Assembly (NCBI RefSeq): GCF_036971445.1
Contig: NC_091473.1
Span: 205,282,001 to 205,346,000 of the forward strand
Origin: Narcine bancroftii
Taxonomy: Eukaryota
Reading direction: 5' to 3'
DNA length: 64,000 nucleotides
Shown here: positions 26,560 through 39,380 of the stretch, piece by piece
Layout of the letters: the number at the start of each line of letters is the position of its first letter
Numbering within the stretch: position 1 is the first letter of the stretch
Translations under genes and position numbers: made by a program
Notes under the pieces: generated by a model
Databases searched by the model: none
The model's input: the letters and a program-made list of their open reading frames with translations, nothing else
Told to the model about the DNA's origin: nothing

Positions 26560-27281
26560 TTATCCTTAATGAGACTTGAAGAAAGCAAACTGCCGGAGAC
26601 CCGAATTTCTTCTAATTCATCTGTCTGCGGCATAAACACAGTGAAACTAGTCTGTTGTTTATATTGGTTCGATGTTCCAGATTCGTTTAAGCTGATGCTA
26701 GAAAAATAACTACTGTAAGTGTGAACTGCAGTTACCCGTCAGCATTCAGTGACGACACTCTCATTGTACACATCGGGTGAAACAAAGAATAGTCAAAATA
26801 TCTACAAGAAGATATTCAGTACTGAATTTCTATTGAGAAAGAAAGAAGGAACAAGACACAAACTAAAATTGTCAATATATCAAGCGAAATTTGTTAAAAT
26901 AGCAGTAGCAGTAGCAGCAGTAAGTGACTTGGAAATCGAACTCAGATGTACATATTGGAAGATGGAATGCAGAAATTCAAAGCTGTATTCCTTTAGAGAG
27001 AAAATTACATATCATATGGAAATAAATATCACATATTCTTTTGTGGATTTGGAGCACGTATATAGAAATATAGGGTATATGTATGCATAAATGTCCTTCC
27101 AGGCACTTCATACCTGCGTTAACGTTCTTCCCTAAAATGAAAATGATCATACAAAATCTGTTGAGTTCCAATGTGTTGAGAGGTGACGCACTGGGCAATC
27201 CATTATACTACATTATACAATTTCCTTCTTTGTATACAATATATAATTCTTATATATATACATATATATGTATACGCGCGT

Positions 27282-27323
<42 letters not shown>

Positions 27324-27647
27324 TATAGTATCTCTTATGAGGGGGAAGGGAGGGGTTATAATTATCACATAACGAATGGAGGCTTCTTCAATTTAAACAC
27401 ATTTTATTATATAATGATTTATTAAATATATGTATGTAAAATTATTTTAAATAAAATATTGAAATTGATATTCAGTACTGAATCGATCTCTCGAATCTTT
27501 AGACAGGTATTCAGCTGGTTATCATGAAAATCGATTTATTCCTTCCTCTACCTCCGTGATCATTTTGTTTGATGTCGAAGTGTTTCTGTGGACCATGAGA
27601 CACACACGGTAACGCAGAAGCATGAGATATGAACATGGACGAATACC
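26560..27647 (+). pseudogene. TCR V relic, subfamily B, split by an L1 insertion
   Basis: TTVSVNCSYPSAFSDDTLIVHIG*..IFSTE | insertion | SISRIFRQVFSWLS.. (degenerate). The 3' part is homologous to 49620-49780 and 57850-58010. Confidence 0.72.
26828..27466 (+). mobile_element. L1-like 3' fragment with 17-bp TSD
   Basis: Encodes ORF2 C-terminal motifs (YQAKFVKIAVAVA..EKITY). AATAAA near the 3' end. TSD GATATTCAGTACTGAAT at 26811-26827 and 27467-27483. Contains (TA)n/(CA)n. Confidence 0.85.
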
Positions 27648-28694
27648 AGGTGGTTCCAGCGAGCTCTCACCACAGGGGTAACTTCTTATTCTAAAGTGTA
27701 GTGATCAGATTAAGAACAATTTTCAGATGTTTGTACATAGATGAGCATGGAATGTCATCGTTTTTTATATTCAATTGCTTGCATAATCAAAAGATTCATT
27801 TTGATTACACACTCAAAATCTATAGCCAAGAATCGATTCACAATGTAAGAGGTATTTTAGGATAAAACGGACATTGTACCTGTTGAGCAATCCTGAGGAG
27901 GTGTGATCCAGGGATTGCAAGAGAGTGATATACACTACACACAGTCCCACATGCAAACACTTGAGACAGAGACACACACAAAGAAAGCGAAAGGAACAGA
28001 TAAATAGATTGGTAGATGGATAGGTAGATGGACAGTGAAAGAGAAAGAGTGGGAGAGACGAAGACGGGAGAGATTTAGAGAGGAGGACAATTTGAGATTT
28101 GAGACAGGGGTGGGGGGTCCTGTTAAATGTATAAAAGAAAGGAACATGTACGAGCAGGAGAGGAATCAAATTGGTTGAGGGCTGACATGCAGTTTTGTCA
28201 TCAGTTTAGTAGGTGGGGAATAGCAAATTACATAACATGGGAACGCCACTTCGTCAGGTCTGCTTTTCACGAATACGCCCTGATCCATTGAGTCCCTCCT
28301 GCATTTTGTGTGGCTCCAGATTTCCATCATATGCAGTCAGTCTTCTTTACCAATTTTTATCTGCATCGCTCATCGGAGGGCACACTTCCCAAGTCATCAA
28401 AAGTGACTGGAAACAGAAATTCCTCCTCGTTTTATCGTAAGTGCGATGCGAACATTCCCTCTTCCAGGGAGAAGAACTACCTTCAGCAAACCTGCAGCCT
28501 CTGAATTAGCTCAAGCCTCTAGTTTAGATCAAACCATAGGCAGCACGCGCCCAGAGACAAAACTCCGACTCGCTGACGAGGCCGATTTAAGCCTTTTGGA
28601 GACGTTTCGATACGACAGGCCGGTGGGAAAGCACGTGGGAGTGCGGGTCCCCGCGGGTGCATACCAGCGTCAGCGCTGCTACATAGCGACTCAG

Positions 28695-30012
28695 GCAGCG
28701 CCGCAATTACTTCTAATTCTGCGCCCACAGTTACATGAGAAGTCAATTCCAGATCAGAGGCATAGCTTTGAAAAATGAGAAAGAACTCTTTATTCGCCTC
28801 CCTCCTTTTATTATCCCAAGTTATTCTCTGGTTGCGATTGTGAGAAAACGGTTCCCTTTAAATTTATGCCATTACAATATTGGTAAAATACGACCCCACA
28901 TTTTATAAAACAATTCTACTGTGCTTGCACTGTTTTTTGGAACTTATTAGCCTTTCAAATTTAGATAATGACTTCACTTATTTTTAACTTAATATTCTTA
29001 TATTTTTTAACCTCTCTGTAGAATGTACGAGAACTGCAACCTGACCTAGATGTGCAATGGACCGCAAATACAGGCGACGAGTGGTTGGCTGAAATAGTAC
29101 TGGAAGCACGTGAATATGAATCACCACTACATTCTGATATTTTATGGCACAGTTTTAAACATTTTAGGCATACATATAGAACGGAATGGGGCATTTCAAC
29201 AGGGTTTGGCAAATGCTTCTCATTGACCCTCCTATTAGACTTCGGTGCTCATTTAATTTGGTGGAAATAGCCATTGCACCTTCGATCGGAGGAGAACTAT
29301 TTATCTAAATTAACTAAATCTTGAAGCACATTTCTGCTGTTTCTGTTTCCGCTATGCTACCTCTCCCTGACTCCACAATTGACCACGTCAGCACCTATCG
29401 TTGCTTCGGGTAAGATGTCAAGATCTGTAAAGACCCTTCAAAACCAGTCACACTCTTCCTTCTCCCCACAATCCGAAAGATGATAAATGAGATTGAAAAA
29501 AGGAATACACCACTGACCTTCACTGGTCAGCTTATTGAATGGGCCTCTTATCTGGTGGCCAGCTGTGTTTTAAACCAATTATCTCCATAGTTTGCATCAT
29601 TTATTTGTTCCATTGCACACTGTTCACATTACTCATAAAAATGTGACACGCTACGCAGCACGTCTGTTTAATCATTGTACCGGCTACAGTACATAATGTG
29701 CCTTCATTTATCAGTATTTCAGAAAATATCAGCAGAAATGGTAACAAAAAAAACATTGTCGTTTTCTGTGTTTATTTCGGTTATCAGCCAATTGAGTGGC
29801 AGGTGGACAATGTAAATAAAACTGTCCCTGGAATAATGCTTGAAGTCTATTTGAATATGTGGTATTCAGATTTGAAAGGAATCTGTGCTAATATTATAAG
29901 GATAAGCTTAATTGCAATAGATGCTTTAGAATCTTTGAATCGAAAGGTAAACCTGCAGCACAAGTAGCGTATATTGAGAAAAGGTATTTAATTTAATTTG
30001 GCTTCCTGTTCC
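28695..30012 (+). repeat. Older internal duplication (paralog of 13481-14881)
   Basis: Same anchors and order as 13481-14881. Confidence 0.8.
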
Positions 30013-32087
30013 ATGCTCTTTAATGGGCTATATTCTCGAATGCACAGTGATCAAATCAGAACAGTGAAGCTGTCAAGTATCAAGGGAATGAGCACATCAT
30101 TACAAAGTCAATTATGCCATTCATTTGCAAGCTTATAATATTAATGTGTCAACCTAGCGTGATACTATTAACATTATATGAAGCGCGAAAAGGTCGGTGC
30201 AAATATATTGGGCATATCTAATTTATCCAGCATATTTATCAAGCAGAAGAGGTGCTATATGTAAAGTAATGCGACCAGAGCACGTGAACATAATGTGAAA
30301 GGTGGAAGCTACATGCGTTAAAAAATATCTAAAGTAAAACCCATAACATTGACTGGAATAAACCGGAAAATAAAGGCCAAAGAAAATGATAAGGGGGTCT
30401 AAAACGACAAACGGGTCTGGTCGGAAAACTTCCATCAAACGAGTGAAGAATTAGTTTGCAGTGAAACATGGCATATGGAGAGACAAATATTCGCCTCAAA
30501 CGCGCCAGTATAAGATAAAGAATTATAGGGCCAACTATTGAAATGTCTGTTTAATAATAAACGGCGGATTACTGAATTAATGCATAACGTGTAATATATA
30601 CAGGGATAAACGATAAGCATTAATCCACATCGTTGTTTTGCTGGTCACATCTGCCATATCTCCACTGACAATGCGTCAGTGGAGCAAAAGAGCAAAAAGT
30701 AGATTTAAATTACAAGAATATATCTCTTCAGCCATCATATATGCGTTTGAAATCGTTTGTACTGACTTATAATAGCTCTTGATATGATTAGTATATTTTA
30801 TATGATTCTCTGCATCCTTGAAGATTATGGACCGGATGTTTAAGCGATTCTTTCGCTTGTTGCTTTTCTCAATTTCCGATTAAGTGTGAGAATCACACCT
30901 TTTGGCGATCGCCGGTAGGCTAGCGGAAATAGAAGTTTGATGGGACACAAAAGATAGCCTTTCAGTTTTTCGGAGTTTCATTCTCTGAAGTGCAGTTTTG
31001 GAAAATGTGGGAGTTCTGATCGAGCTGCATTTCCTGCTTTGTTAAAGAAAGTTAATCGGCATCTTCCAGGTCCTTTCACCTGAAGAGTTTCTAAGTAATT
31101 CCATAAACGCATTTTTGCCTCCACTGGTTGCACTGGATTCCATCGCAAAACACAAAATACATGCGTCTATGCAGGATAATTTGAACAAGTAAATTGCCTT
31201 AAGTGCGTATAAAATTGTTGAAAACCGGGAGAGGCAAAGGAAGTAAAGACCAATCATAAGTGTTGCTCTCAATTGTTAGTACTGATTGGATGTGTGGAAG
31301 GGCATGTTTCTGGGCTCATGTCTCTGACAAATACCGTGGCATTATCCTTGGCCTCTGAGACAATTTTTGTTGTCCAGAACATTTCGAAGTTTGGAACTCA
31401 GTTTGGATAACTATTTACAAAAAAATGTCTTGTTCAAACTGGACCGGAGAAAAAGGNNNNNNNNNNNNNNNNNNNNNNNNNNNNNNNNNNNNNNNNNNNN
31501 NNNNNNNNNNNNNNNNNNNNNNNNNNNNNNNNNNNNNNNNNNNNNNNNNNNNNNNNNNNNNNNNNNNNNNNNNNNNNNNNNNNNNNNNNNNNNNNNNNNN
31601 NNNNNNNNNNNNNNNNNNNNNNNNNNNNNNNNNNNNNNNNNNNNNNGAGAGAGAATACCTGTTGGAGAATTACTGATGGATTGAGAGAGAGAGAAGCGGA
31701 TGTACATGAGACAAAGAGAGAGAATACCTATTGCCGAATTACTAATGGATTTTGATAACATCGAGCGAAAGTTGGGATATGAGGATTTGTTTGCGAAATC
31801 ATGGGATAACGAGAGAAGCATACAGACTCAAGGGCAAACAGATATCTAGGACAAACAGTGGGTGGGAGCTTACGCGGGAGAGACAGAGACATTGAGATAG
31901 ATGGATAACAGTTGCTGGAAAACATTGAACGCACATAAATGAAGAAGACATACAGAACCATAGAACTTGCCCACTCGGATAAAAATGCCCCACTCAAACT
32001 GATTCCACATGCCTATATTTCGCGGACATCTTTCTAATCCTGACAACGTTCCGTCTATTCTTATTTACTATTTCAATAGCATGTACC

Positions 32088-34300
32088 TCAACCAAACCTC
32101 AGACATTAGGTCACATGATGACATTTTTCGGGATAGCAGGTTACAATTTAGATTGGACGGGAGAATATGCTGAAATTGTGATGCCACTAAGAAAAATAAT
32201 GAAGGAAACAGGACACACAGGCATGATAAATCTTTGACAGTGGAATGAGGAGGCAGAAACAGCTTTAACACCATTAAGCATAAATTACAGTTATCTCCAG
32301 CCCTCGCCTTTCCTTTTTACGAGAAGAATTTTCATCGATATATATATCCAACAGGCAGGAAGGCTGTGCTGCCGCAGTACTAATGCACGAAACGTAGAGA
32401 AGGGAAGCAAAACAGCAAATAGCATACTACAGTAGAAAATTGGATGAGATGGCTTAGGGATACCCGCCCTGCTACCAGGCACTGGCTACATTACACTATG
32501 TGTATGAAAAAGCATCTGTGGCCGTGGACATCCCTTGATCCTGTACATAAACCATAAGAAAACAGAGCTGTTGGACACGGGAAAGTGTGTGCTGACACCA
32601 GCCAGGATAGCAGAATTTCAAATTTATTGAAATTTCCAGATATAACTATGCAGCTGGAGTAACAATGCTAATAATTTCCCGTTTGGTTATGAGGGAGAAC
32701 CCCACGATTGTGTAGGAGAATAATGGTATTTGCTAAATTAAGAGAGGATTTACAGTCACAACCCCTGGATGATGAAGACAAGAAGGTCTTGTTTGTAGTC
32801 GGCTCTTGTTATAGGGATCACAGTTGAAATGAATGCCGGGTTTGCAGTGGTAGAACAGGATCAGTCGGACTTTAATGTAATCAAATTAGGAGCTTTCCTG
32901 CAAGCTTGCTCAGCCAAATTGGCAGAAACTAAATCTCTGACAGCAGCATGAGAAATGATGGAAGGTGGAAATGTTTGTGGCGGCCGTGTATAGGGCTTTA
33001 CGGGCGCACAGGACGGCAACGCGAACTCCAGAACCATATTACGGACACTGCATACTCTCCTTATGGACTGCACGTGAGAGATTCCGAATGCCGAGGAGCG
33101 GCACGTGGAGCTATTGAGTCTCCCGCCAGAAGGCGCGGGACACTTACCAAGGCTAAATTTAAACCTGCCGATCCCATGGATCAGCCGCAATCTCATCGTG
33201 AGGTCTCGCCTTGTCCCGCGGAGCCCGGGAAATGCAGTATATAAAAGAAGCCTTTAAACCCTGAATAAACCAGTCTTCAGTTGACTAGACTGGCGTGTGT
33301 TTTCTTTTGTATTACTTTTCAGTAGCTCTATCGTAGTAGCCGCTAAAGTTTGATATTTACACAGATTAAGCACATGCCCATTGGTTACCGTGTTTGTTGT
33401 TTGGGACAGTGCGGGTCCAAGAAAAGAAACGGAGACCACATACAGCAGTATCAAAAAATTTCAGATTTGATTAAAGCATTAACTAATCTAGAGTACTGGC
33501 CGTCATTAAATACCAAGCACATAAGAAAGGAAATGACATGATAACAAAGGGATTTCAGGCTGCAGCAAAGCAGACAGGGAAGTTTCTCCATGTGAGTTAG
33601 CTGTTATTGCATTTCAGGTAAGCCTGGATCTAGAACCCACAAAGGAGAACACAATCATAATGCAGGAATGATAGTGACATTTTTGACAAATGAAGTAACT
33701 CCAAGATTTGGTAAACCTACAGAGATCAGATCGGACACTACCTCCAAAATGTAGTTAAACTGGTATTACAAACTCTGAGAATAAAACAGAGGTTTGGATG
33801 TGTGTATCATCCCCAGTCACAGTGTATGGTGGAAAGAATTAATGGGACTCTGACAGCTAAATTGAACAAGATCTGTGTGAGTACTAGGCTGAATTGGATC
33901 GACACATTGCCGCTGGCATTGATGAGTTAACGAATGCTGAATAATCGTACGACACATTTGACACCGCAAGATATGCTTACTGATTGACAGAAATGGAGGG
34001 CCTCGTATAAAGGGCCAAGCTTGGAACAGCTGGACATGGAACTCAAACAGTACATGCAACAGCTAATTATGATACATAAGTCTATCCATACACACGAAAA
34101 ACAAAAGGAGCTGAGACTGACCAGCAGGAAGGACCTAGTAAATCTGGAGGTCAGGTTTATGTACGGGCTTTCCGCAGGAAGTGGAATGAGCCGAGAAGGG
34201 AAGGGCCGTTCACGGTAATCAAGGCGTCACCTACTGCTAGCCAAGTAGATGGTTGAGCTACATGGTACCATCTCAATCACGAGTGCAACCTGATACTGAG
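32088..34300 (+). mobile_element. pol: Endogenous retrovirus pol remnant (RT thumb/connection, RNase H, integrase), class I-like
   Basis: RT: PKPQTLGHMMTFFGIAGYNLDWTGEYAEIVMPL..WNEEAETA..LSPALAFP. RNase H: LFVVGSCY..CSAKLAETKSL..DIYTD. Integrase: EVTPRFGKPTEIRSD..YHPQSQCMVERINGTL..NWIDTLPLAL, plus the C-terminal REGPFTVI..WYH. Many stops and frameshifts. Confidence 0.9.
32976..33347 (+). mobile_element. Solo LTR (probably Gypsy) nested in the ERV RNase H
   Basis: Inverted termini tgtggcggc...gccgctaaa (TG..CA-like). TATATAAA at about 33238 and AATAAA at about 33264. GTT(T) target duplication. The RNase H reading resumes as DIYTD after it. Confidence 0.78.
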
Positions 34301-34414
34301 CCTGAGTTAAGTGAGACAAAAGAAGGGACGACAGAGGAAGAACAGGAAGATCTGACAAGTGATACCTCCCCGCAAAGGTTCGATTAAGTAGTAAGTGAGG
34401 TTTCAGAGCCATCG

Positions 34415-37400
34415 ATGGACCTGTCGAAGTCAGTCCTTCTCATGCTCGTGGGGGCGAATGTGGTTTGGGGACAACCAATGACGCACCCCACAATGAAAAC
34501 ATACCTCCCCACACATGTGCAGATTTGGAAACCATCAATTTGGCAGACTTGGCCTGGTAGTATGCCACAGAAATCGAAAGAAATAATCCGGGAGGCAAGG
34601 AGCATATTGTCTTACTCCATGCCGTGGTCGCACGCACGAATCAATCATTGATATAAGTGGGCAAACTTTACCACAAAGACAATGTCTCGACAGAACTGTT
34701 ATTACTTTTCAAGTGTAACACCAGTACAATATATAGTCTTCGGCATGGCTTCGCAGACGAAGATTTATGGAGGGGGTAAAAATTCCACGTCAGCTGCAGG
34801 CTCGTTTGTGGCTGACAAGTCCATGCGGGACAGGCAGACACGGTTGCAGCGGCTGCAGGGGAAAATTGGTTGGTTGGGGTTGGGTTTTGGGTTTTTCCTC
34901 CTTTGCCTTTTGTCAGTGAGGTGGGCTCTGTGGTCTTCTTCAAAGGAGGTTGCTGCCCGCCAAACTGTGAGGCGCCAAGATGCATGGTCTGAGGCGATAT
35001 CAGCCCACTGGCAGTGGTCAATGTGGCAGGCACCAAGAGATTTCTTTAGGCAGTCCTTGTACCTTTTCTTTGGTGCACCTCTGTCACGGTGGCCAGTGGA
35101 GAGCTCGCCATATAACACCTTGGGAAGGTGATGGTCCTCCATTCAGGAGACGTGACACACCCAGCGCAGTTGGATCTTCAGCAGCGTGGACTCGATGCTG
35201 TCGATCTCTGCCATCTCGAGTACTTCGACGTTAGGGATGAAAGCGCTCCAATGGATGTTGAGGATGGAGCGGAGACAACGCTGGTGGAAGCATTCTAGGA
35301 GCCGTAGGTGATGCCGGTAGAGGAGCAATGATTCGGAGCCGAACAGGAGTGTGGGTATGACAACGGCTCTGTATACGCTTATCTTTGTGAAGTTTTTCAG
35401 TTGGTTGTTTTTCTAGACTCTTTTGTGTAGTCTTCCAAAGGCGCTATTTGCCTTGGCGAGTCTGTTGTCTATCTCATTGTCGATCCTTGCATCTGATGAA
35501 ATGGTGCAGCCGAGATAGGTAAACTGGTTGACCGTTTTGAGTTTTGTGTGCCCAATGGAGATGTGGGGGCTGGTAGTCATGGTGGGGAGCTGGCTGATGG
35601 AGGACCTCAGTTTTCTTCAGGCTGACTTCCAGGCCAAACATTTTGGCAGTTTCCACAAAGCAGGACGTCAAGCGCTGAAGAGCTGGCTCTGAATGGGCAA
35701 CTAAAGCGGCATCGTCTGCAAAGAGTAGTTCACGGACAAGTTTCTCTTGTGTCTTGGTGTGAGCTTGCAGGCGCCTCAGATTGAAGAGACTGCCATCCGT
35801 GCAGTACCGGATGTAAACAGCGTCTTCATTGTTGAGGTCTTTCATGGCTTGGTTCAGCATCATGCTGAAGAAGATTGAAAAGAGGGTTGGTGCGAGAACA
35901 CAGCCTTGCTTCACGCCATTGTTAATGGAGAAGGGTTTAGAGAGCTCATTGCTGTATCTGACCCGACCTTTTTGGTTTCTGTGCAGTTGGATAATCATGT
36001 TGAGGCATTTTGGGGGACATCCGATGCGCTCTAGTATTTGCCAAAGCCCTTTCCTGCTCATGGTGTCGAAGGCTTTGGTGAGGTCAACAAAGGTGATGTA
36101 GAGTCCTTTGTTTTGTTCTCTGCACTTTTCGTGGAGCTGTCGGAGGGCAAAGACCATGTCAGTAGTTCCTCTGTTTGCGCGAAAGCCGCACTGTGATTCT
36201 GGGAGAATATTCTGGGCGACACTAGGTATTATTCTATTTAGTAGAATCCTAGCGAAGATTTTGCCTGCAATGGAGAGCAGCGTGATTCCCCTGTAGTTTG
36301 AGAACTCTGATTTCTCGCCTTTGTTTTTGTACAGGGTGATGATGATGGCATCACGAAGGTCCTGAGGCAGTTTTCCTTGGTCCCAACAAAGCTTGAAAAA
36401 CTCATGCAGTTTGGCAGGCAGAGTTTTGCCGCCAGCCTTCCAGACCTCTCGGGGGATTCCATCCATACCGCTGCTTTGCCACTTTTCAGTTGTTCGATTG
36501 CCTTATATGTCTCATCCTGGGTGAGGACCTCATCCAGCTCTAGCCTTAGGGGCTGTTGAGGGAGCTGGAGCAGGGCGGAATCTTGGACTGAGCGGTTGGC
36601 ACTGAAAAGAGATTGGAAGTGTTCTGACCATCGGTTGAAGATGGAGATCTTGTCGCTGAGGAGGACTTTGCCGTCTGAGCTGCACAGCGGGCTTTGGACT
36701 TGGGGTGAGGGGCCGTACACAGCCTTTAGAGCTTCGTAGAAACCCCTGAAGTCGCCAATGTACCTATGCCATATAATGACTCAACATGCACTGCATGCCA
36801 CCTTAAAAGATTGGCACAATGTGGGGGGGGGGGGGCGGGGGGCATGCATGGAAAAATCTCCATGTATGATGCAGGCCTCTCCCAGGACTGACTGCACACT
36901 CGGAACCAGGCGCAACAATAATACCCCGTGGGCAACTACCCGTAAAAAATAAGATTAAGTCACTCGAGGGCCTGCAGCGAGACATGAATTTAAAATTTAA
37001 ATGCTTCACACACGATGGTAAAATTTCAGTAGGGATTTTTAGTGGCAATTAAATAGACTTCGCGATTTGAGTAGGAGGAGTAAATTGCTGGAGCCTAGTT
37101 TTAAATGACCAAATATCACTCTTGCAGATACTTGATAGTCGTGTGGTTTGGAGGGAGGACTGAGACTGACACTCCCTAAAAGAAAGTGAGGTACCGGTCA
37201 TGAATGATGATTCTCCTGGAGACAATGGTGTCCCCAGAAATGCAAGTAGATACCCGATTCCAACAAACTATGACAAGGAGAAAAAGAGGATAGTATATTG
37301 TAGTCATAGGACAACCATACATATCCCAAATCATTTTAAAGCATGGAACGAGATTGCAGGTGGATTTGAGTCAATGCTTTTATGGGTAACGCCTGGTAAA

Positions 37401-37920
37401 ATATAGAATGGATCAATTATATTTACTACAATCAGCACAAGTTTATTCATTATACTGATGATGCTCTATCTGCTTTTGTAGAACAGTTGGATGCGACTAG
37501 TAAAAATACATGGCAGAATAGACAGGCCTTAGATTGATGTCAGGAGGAAAAAGGGGGATTATGCGTGCTGTTTGGAGAACATTGCTGCATTTATGTACCT
37601 AATGAAATGAATCCGGAGGGATAATTTACTAAGGAAATGAACAAATTAAAAAAAATTAAGAAAAGAAGTCAAACCAAATGCAATATTTATACATCAGTTT
37701 GTTGATTGGTTAGAAGCCCGGCTATGTGGTTGGAGAGCATGGTTTACCAAGATTTTGTTGATTTCTGGCATTGTCATGATATTCTGTGTAGTTTTATAGT
37801 GTTGTACTCTTCCCTTTTTAAAGTCCCTTGTAATGCGAGCAACAGCAATGTATTCACAAAGCTCCCAGAAGGGCTGAAGCAATTTTCCCAGCCTCAGGCA
37901 TGACGAGACAGTTTTCGGTT
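34415..37920 (+). mobile_element. env: Endogenous retrovirus env remnant (gamma-type; SU split by RTE)
   Basis: Signal-like MDLSKSVLLMLVGANVVWG. SU reads NH*YKWANFTTKTMSRQNCYY..QYI|VPMPYNDSTC across the RTE. TM reads IPNHFKAWNEIAGGFESMLLW..EWINYIYYNQHKFIHYT..QLDATSK..WQNRQALD*..GGLCVLFGEHCCIYVPN (ISD + CX6CC), followed by a hydrophobic anchor. Disrupted. Confidence 0.88.
34737..36760 (-). mobile_element. RTE-clade LINE (RT domain + 3' end) inserted in ERV env
   Basis: ORF 35474-36466(-) NYRGITLLSIAGKIFARIL..QCGFR..FVDLTKAFD..GVKQGCVLAPTLF..LFADD. The 3' end matches the other two RTE copies. Confidence 0.95.
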
Positions 37921-39380
37921 CAGTGNNNNNNNNNNNNNNNNNNNNNNNNNNNNNNNNNNNNNNNNNNNNNNNNNNNNNNNNNNNNNNNNNNNNNNNNNNN
38001 NNNNNNNNNNNNNNNNNNNNNNNNNNNNNNNNNNNNNNNNNNNNNNNNNNNNNNNNNNNNNNNNNNNNNNNNNNNNNTATTGTACAATATACAAATGTGC
38101 AAATACAGATATTCGTATTTGGTGTAACCCAAAGCCGAGCTGATGAGTAAACAACAGTATGCGTTAAATTAATTGTAAATAGAAAATAAATATGAAAGAT
38201 ATGTGAATAATAAATATTCATAATTACCATCGTGCAATAACATAAATGGGTTACAATAGTTTCTGAGAAATGTTGTTGACATCTTTGCCGATCATTCAAT
38301 ATCAGTATCAATCACTTCAGTTGAAAGCCGAAGCAGGACAAGGTGTAACATTGTATTGCCATTTTATGTTAGATCCAGTATCCGGGAGAATAAACCAGAC
38401 ATCGACTATGGATATTCTGCAGAGCTGTCAGCTGATCTCATAGCCAGGTATGCTTTATTTTATCTTCATAATTCCTGTCTCTGACTTTGCCACACATCAT
38501 TGAGTGTCGTTGAATGGCCTCTAATTTTCATTCCATTCTTCTATTGTTAGAGCACCCGGCAATGCTCATGACGACACTTTGTTTGGCTTACGGCAGACAA
38601 AGGTTGGAGTTTATCACATTTTTAATGTGGTAATATGTGAAAATTAAGGAAACATTTGAAACCAATACTGTGGCAGATCAGTCGTCGTTTCGACCAAATT
38701 GGAACGTCAAGACAGGCCACCGAGAGACCAACACTTACTTGATAAACAGAAGTACGTGCCTTTCTGCGGTAAGCAATAATTTCCGTGCACTAATTAGTTG
38801 CACATTGCAGATAACAATTGCAGATATCACTAGCTTTTATCAAATATATCTGTTCATCAACAAAAACTGTTACTTATAGTTTACAAATTTTTAAGCCCCT
38901 TCCACAACATGTCCAGAACTCACTCTCTTGCGACATTTCAAGCAAAGATACATAGAATTATCATGAGCAATTACCTAATTGGCATTCTTATCTGTGTAAC
39001 TACGTCGTTATATATTACAGCACTTGGAATTACCTTTGTGCTGAGAAGGCGACTCTCCTTGATTCCAGCTCCCGCAGAGAGAATCATCACAGGCAAAGGA
39101 TAAAGGTTCCTGCTCAAGTTACGTCGGTTATGAGATACCAGATAACGAATGACCCGAGAAATGCCTTTAGCTTCCCCGGGAGAAGAGCATAGATGTTATC
39201 TTCCTTTCTTCAGAGCAACATGATACGATTCATGTTTGATTCCAAATCTGGCATCAAATCCTCCGTCTGATACATAATGATTGTAATGTCTGTGTACACC
39301 CATAAGTATTTGTCTTAAAGTCTCCTATGCCCACCTTGACGTGCGTCCACATCGCTCACAATTTCTGTGGTTTTTTTGGA

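Noticed and set aside
34415-37920. Co-opted (syncytin-like or immunosuppressive) env gene in an immune locus
   Set aside because: Multiple stops and frameshifts (including next to the ISD) and a 2-kb RTE insertion leave no intact ORF.
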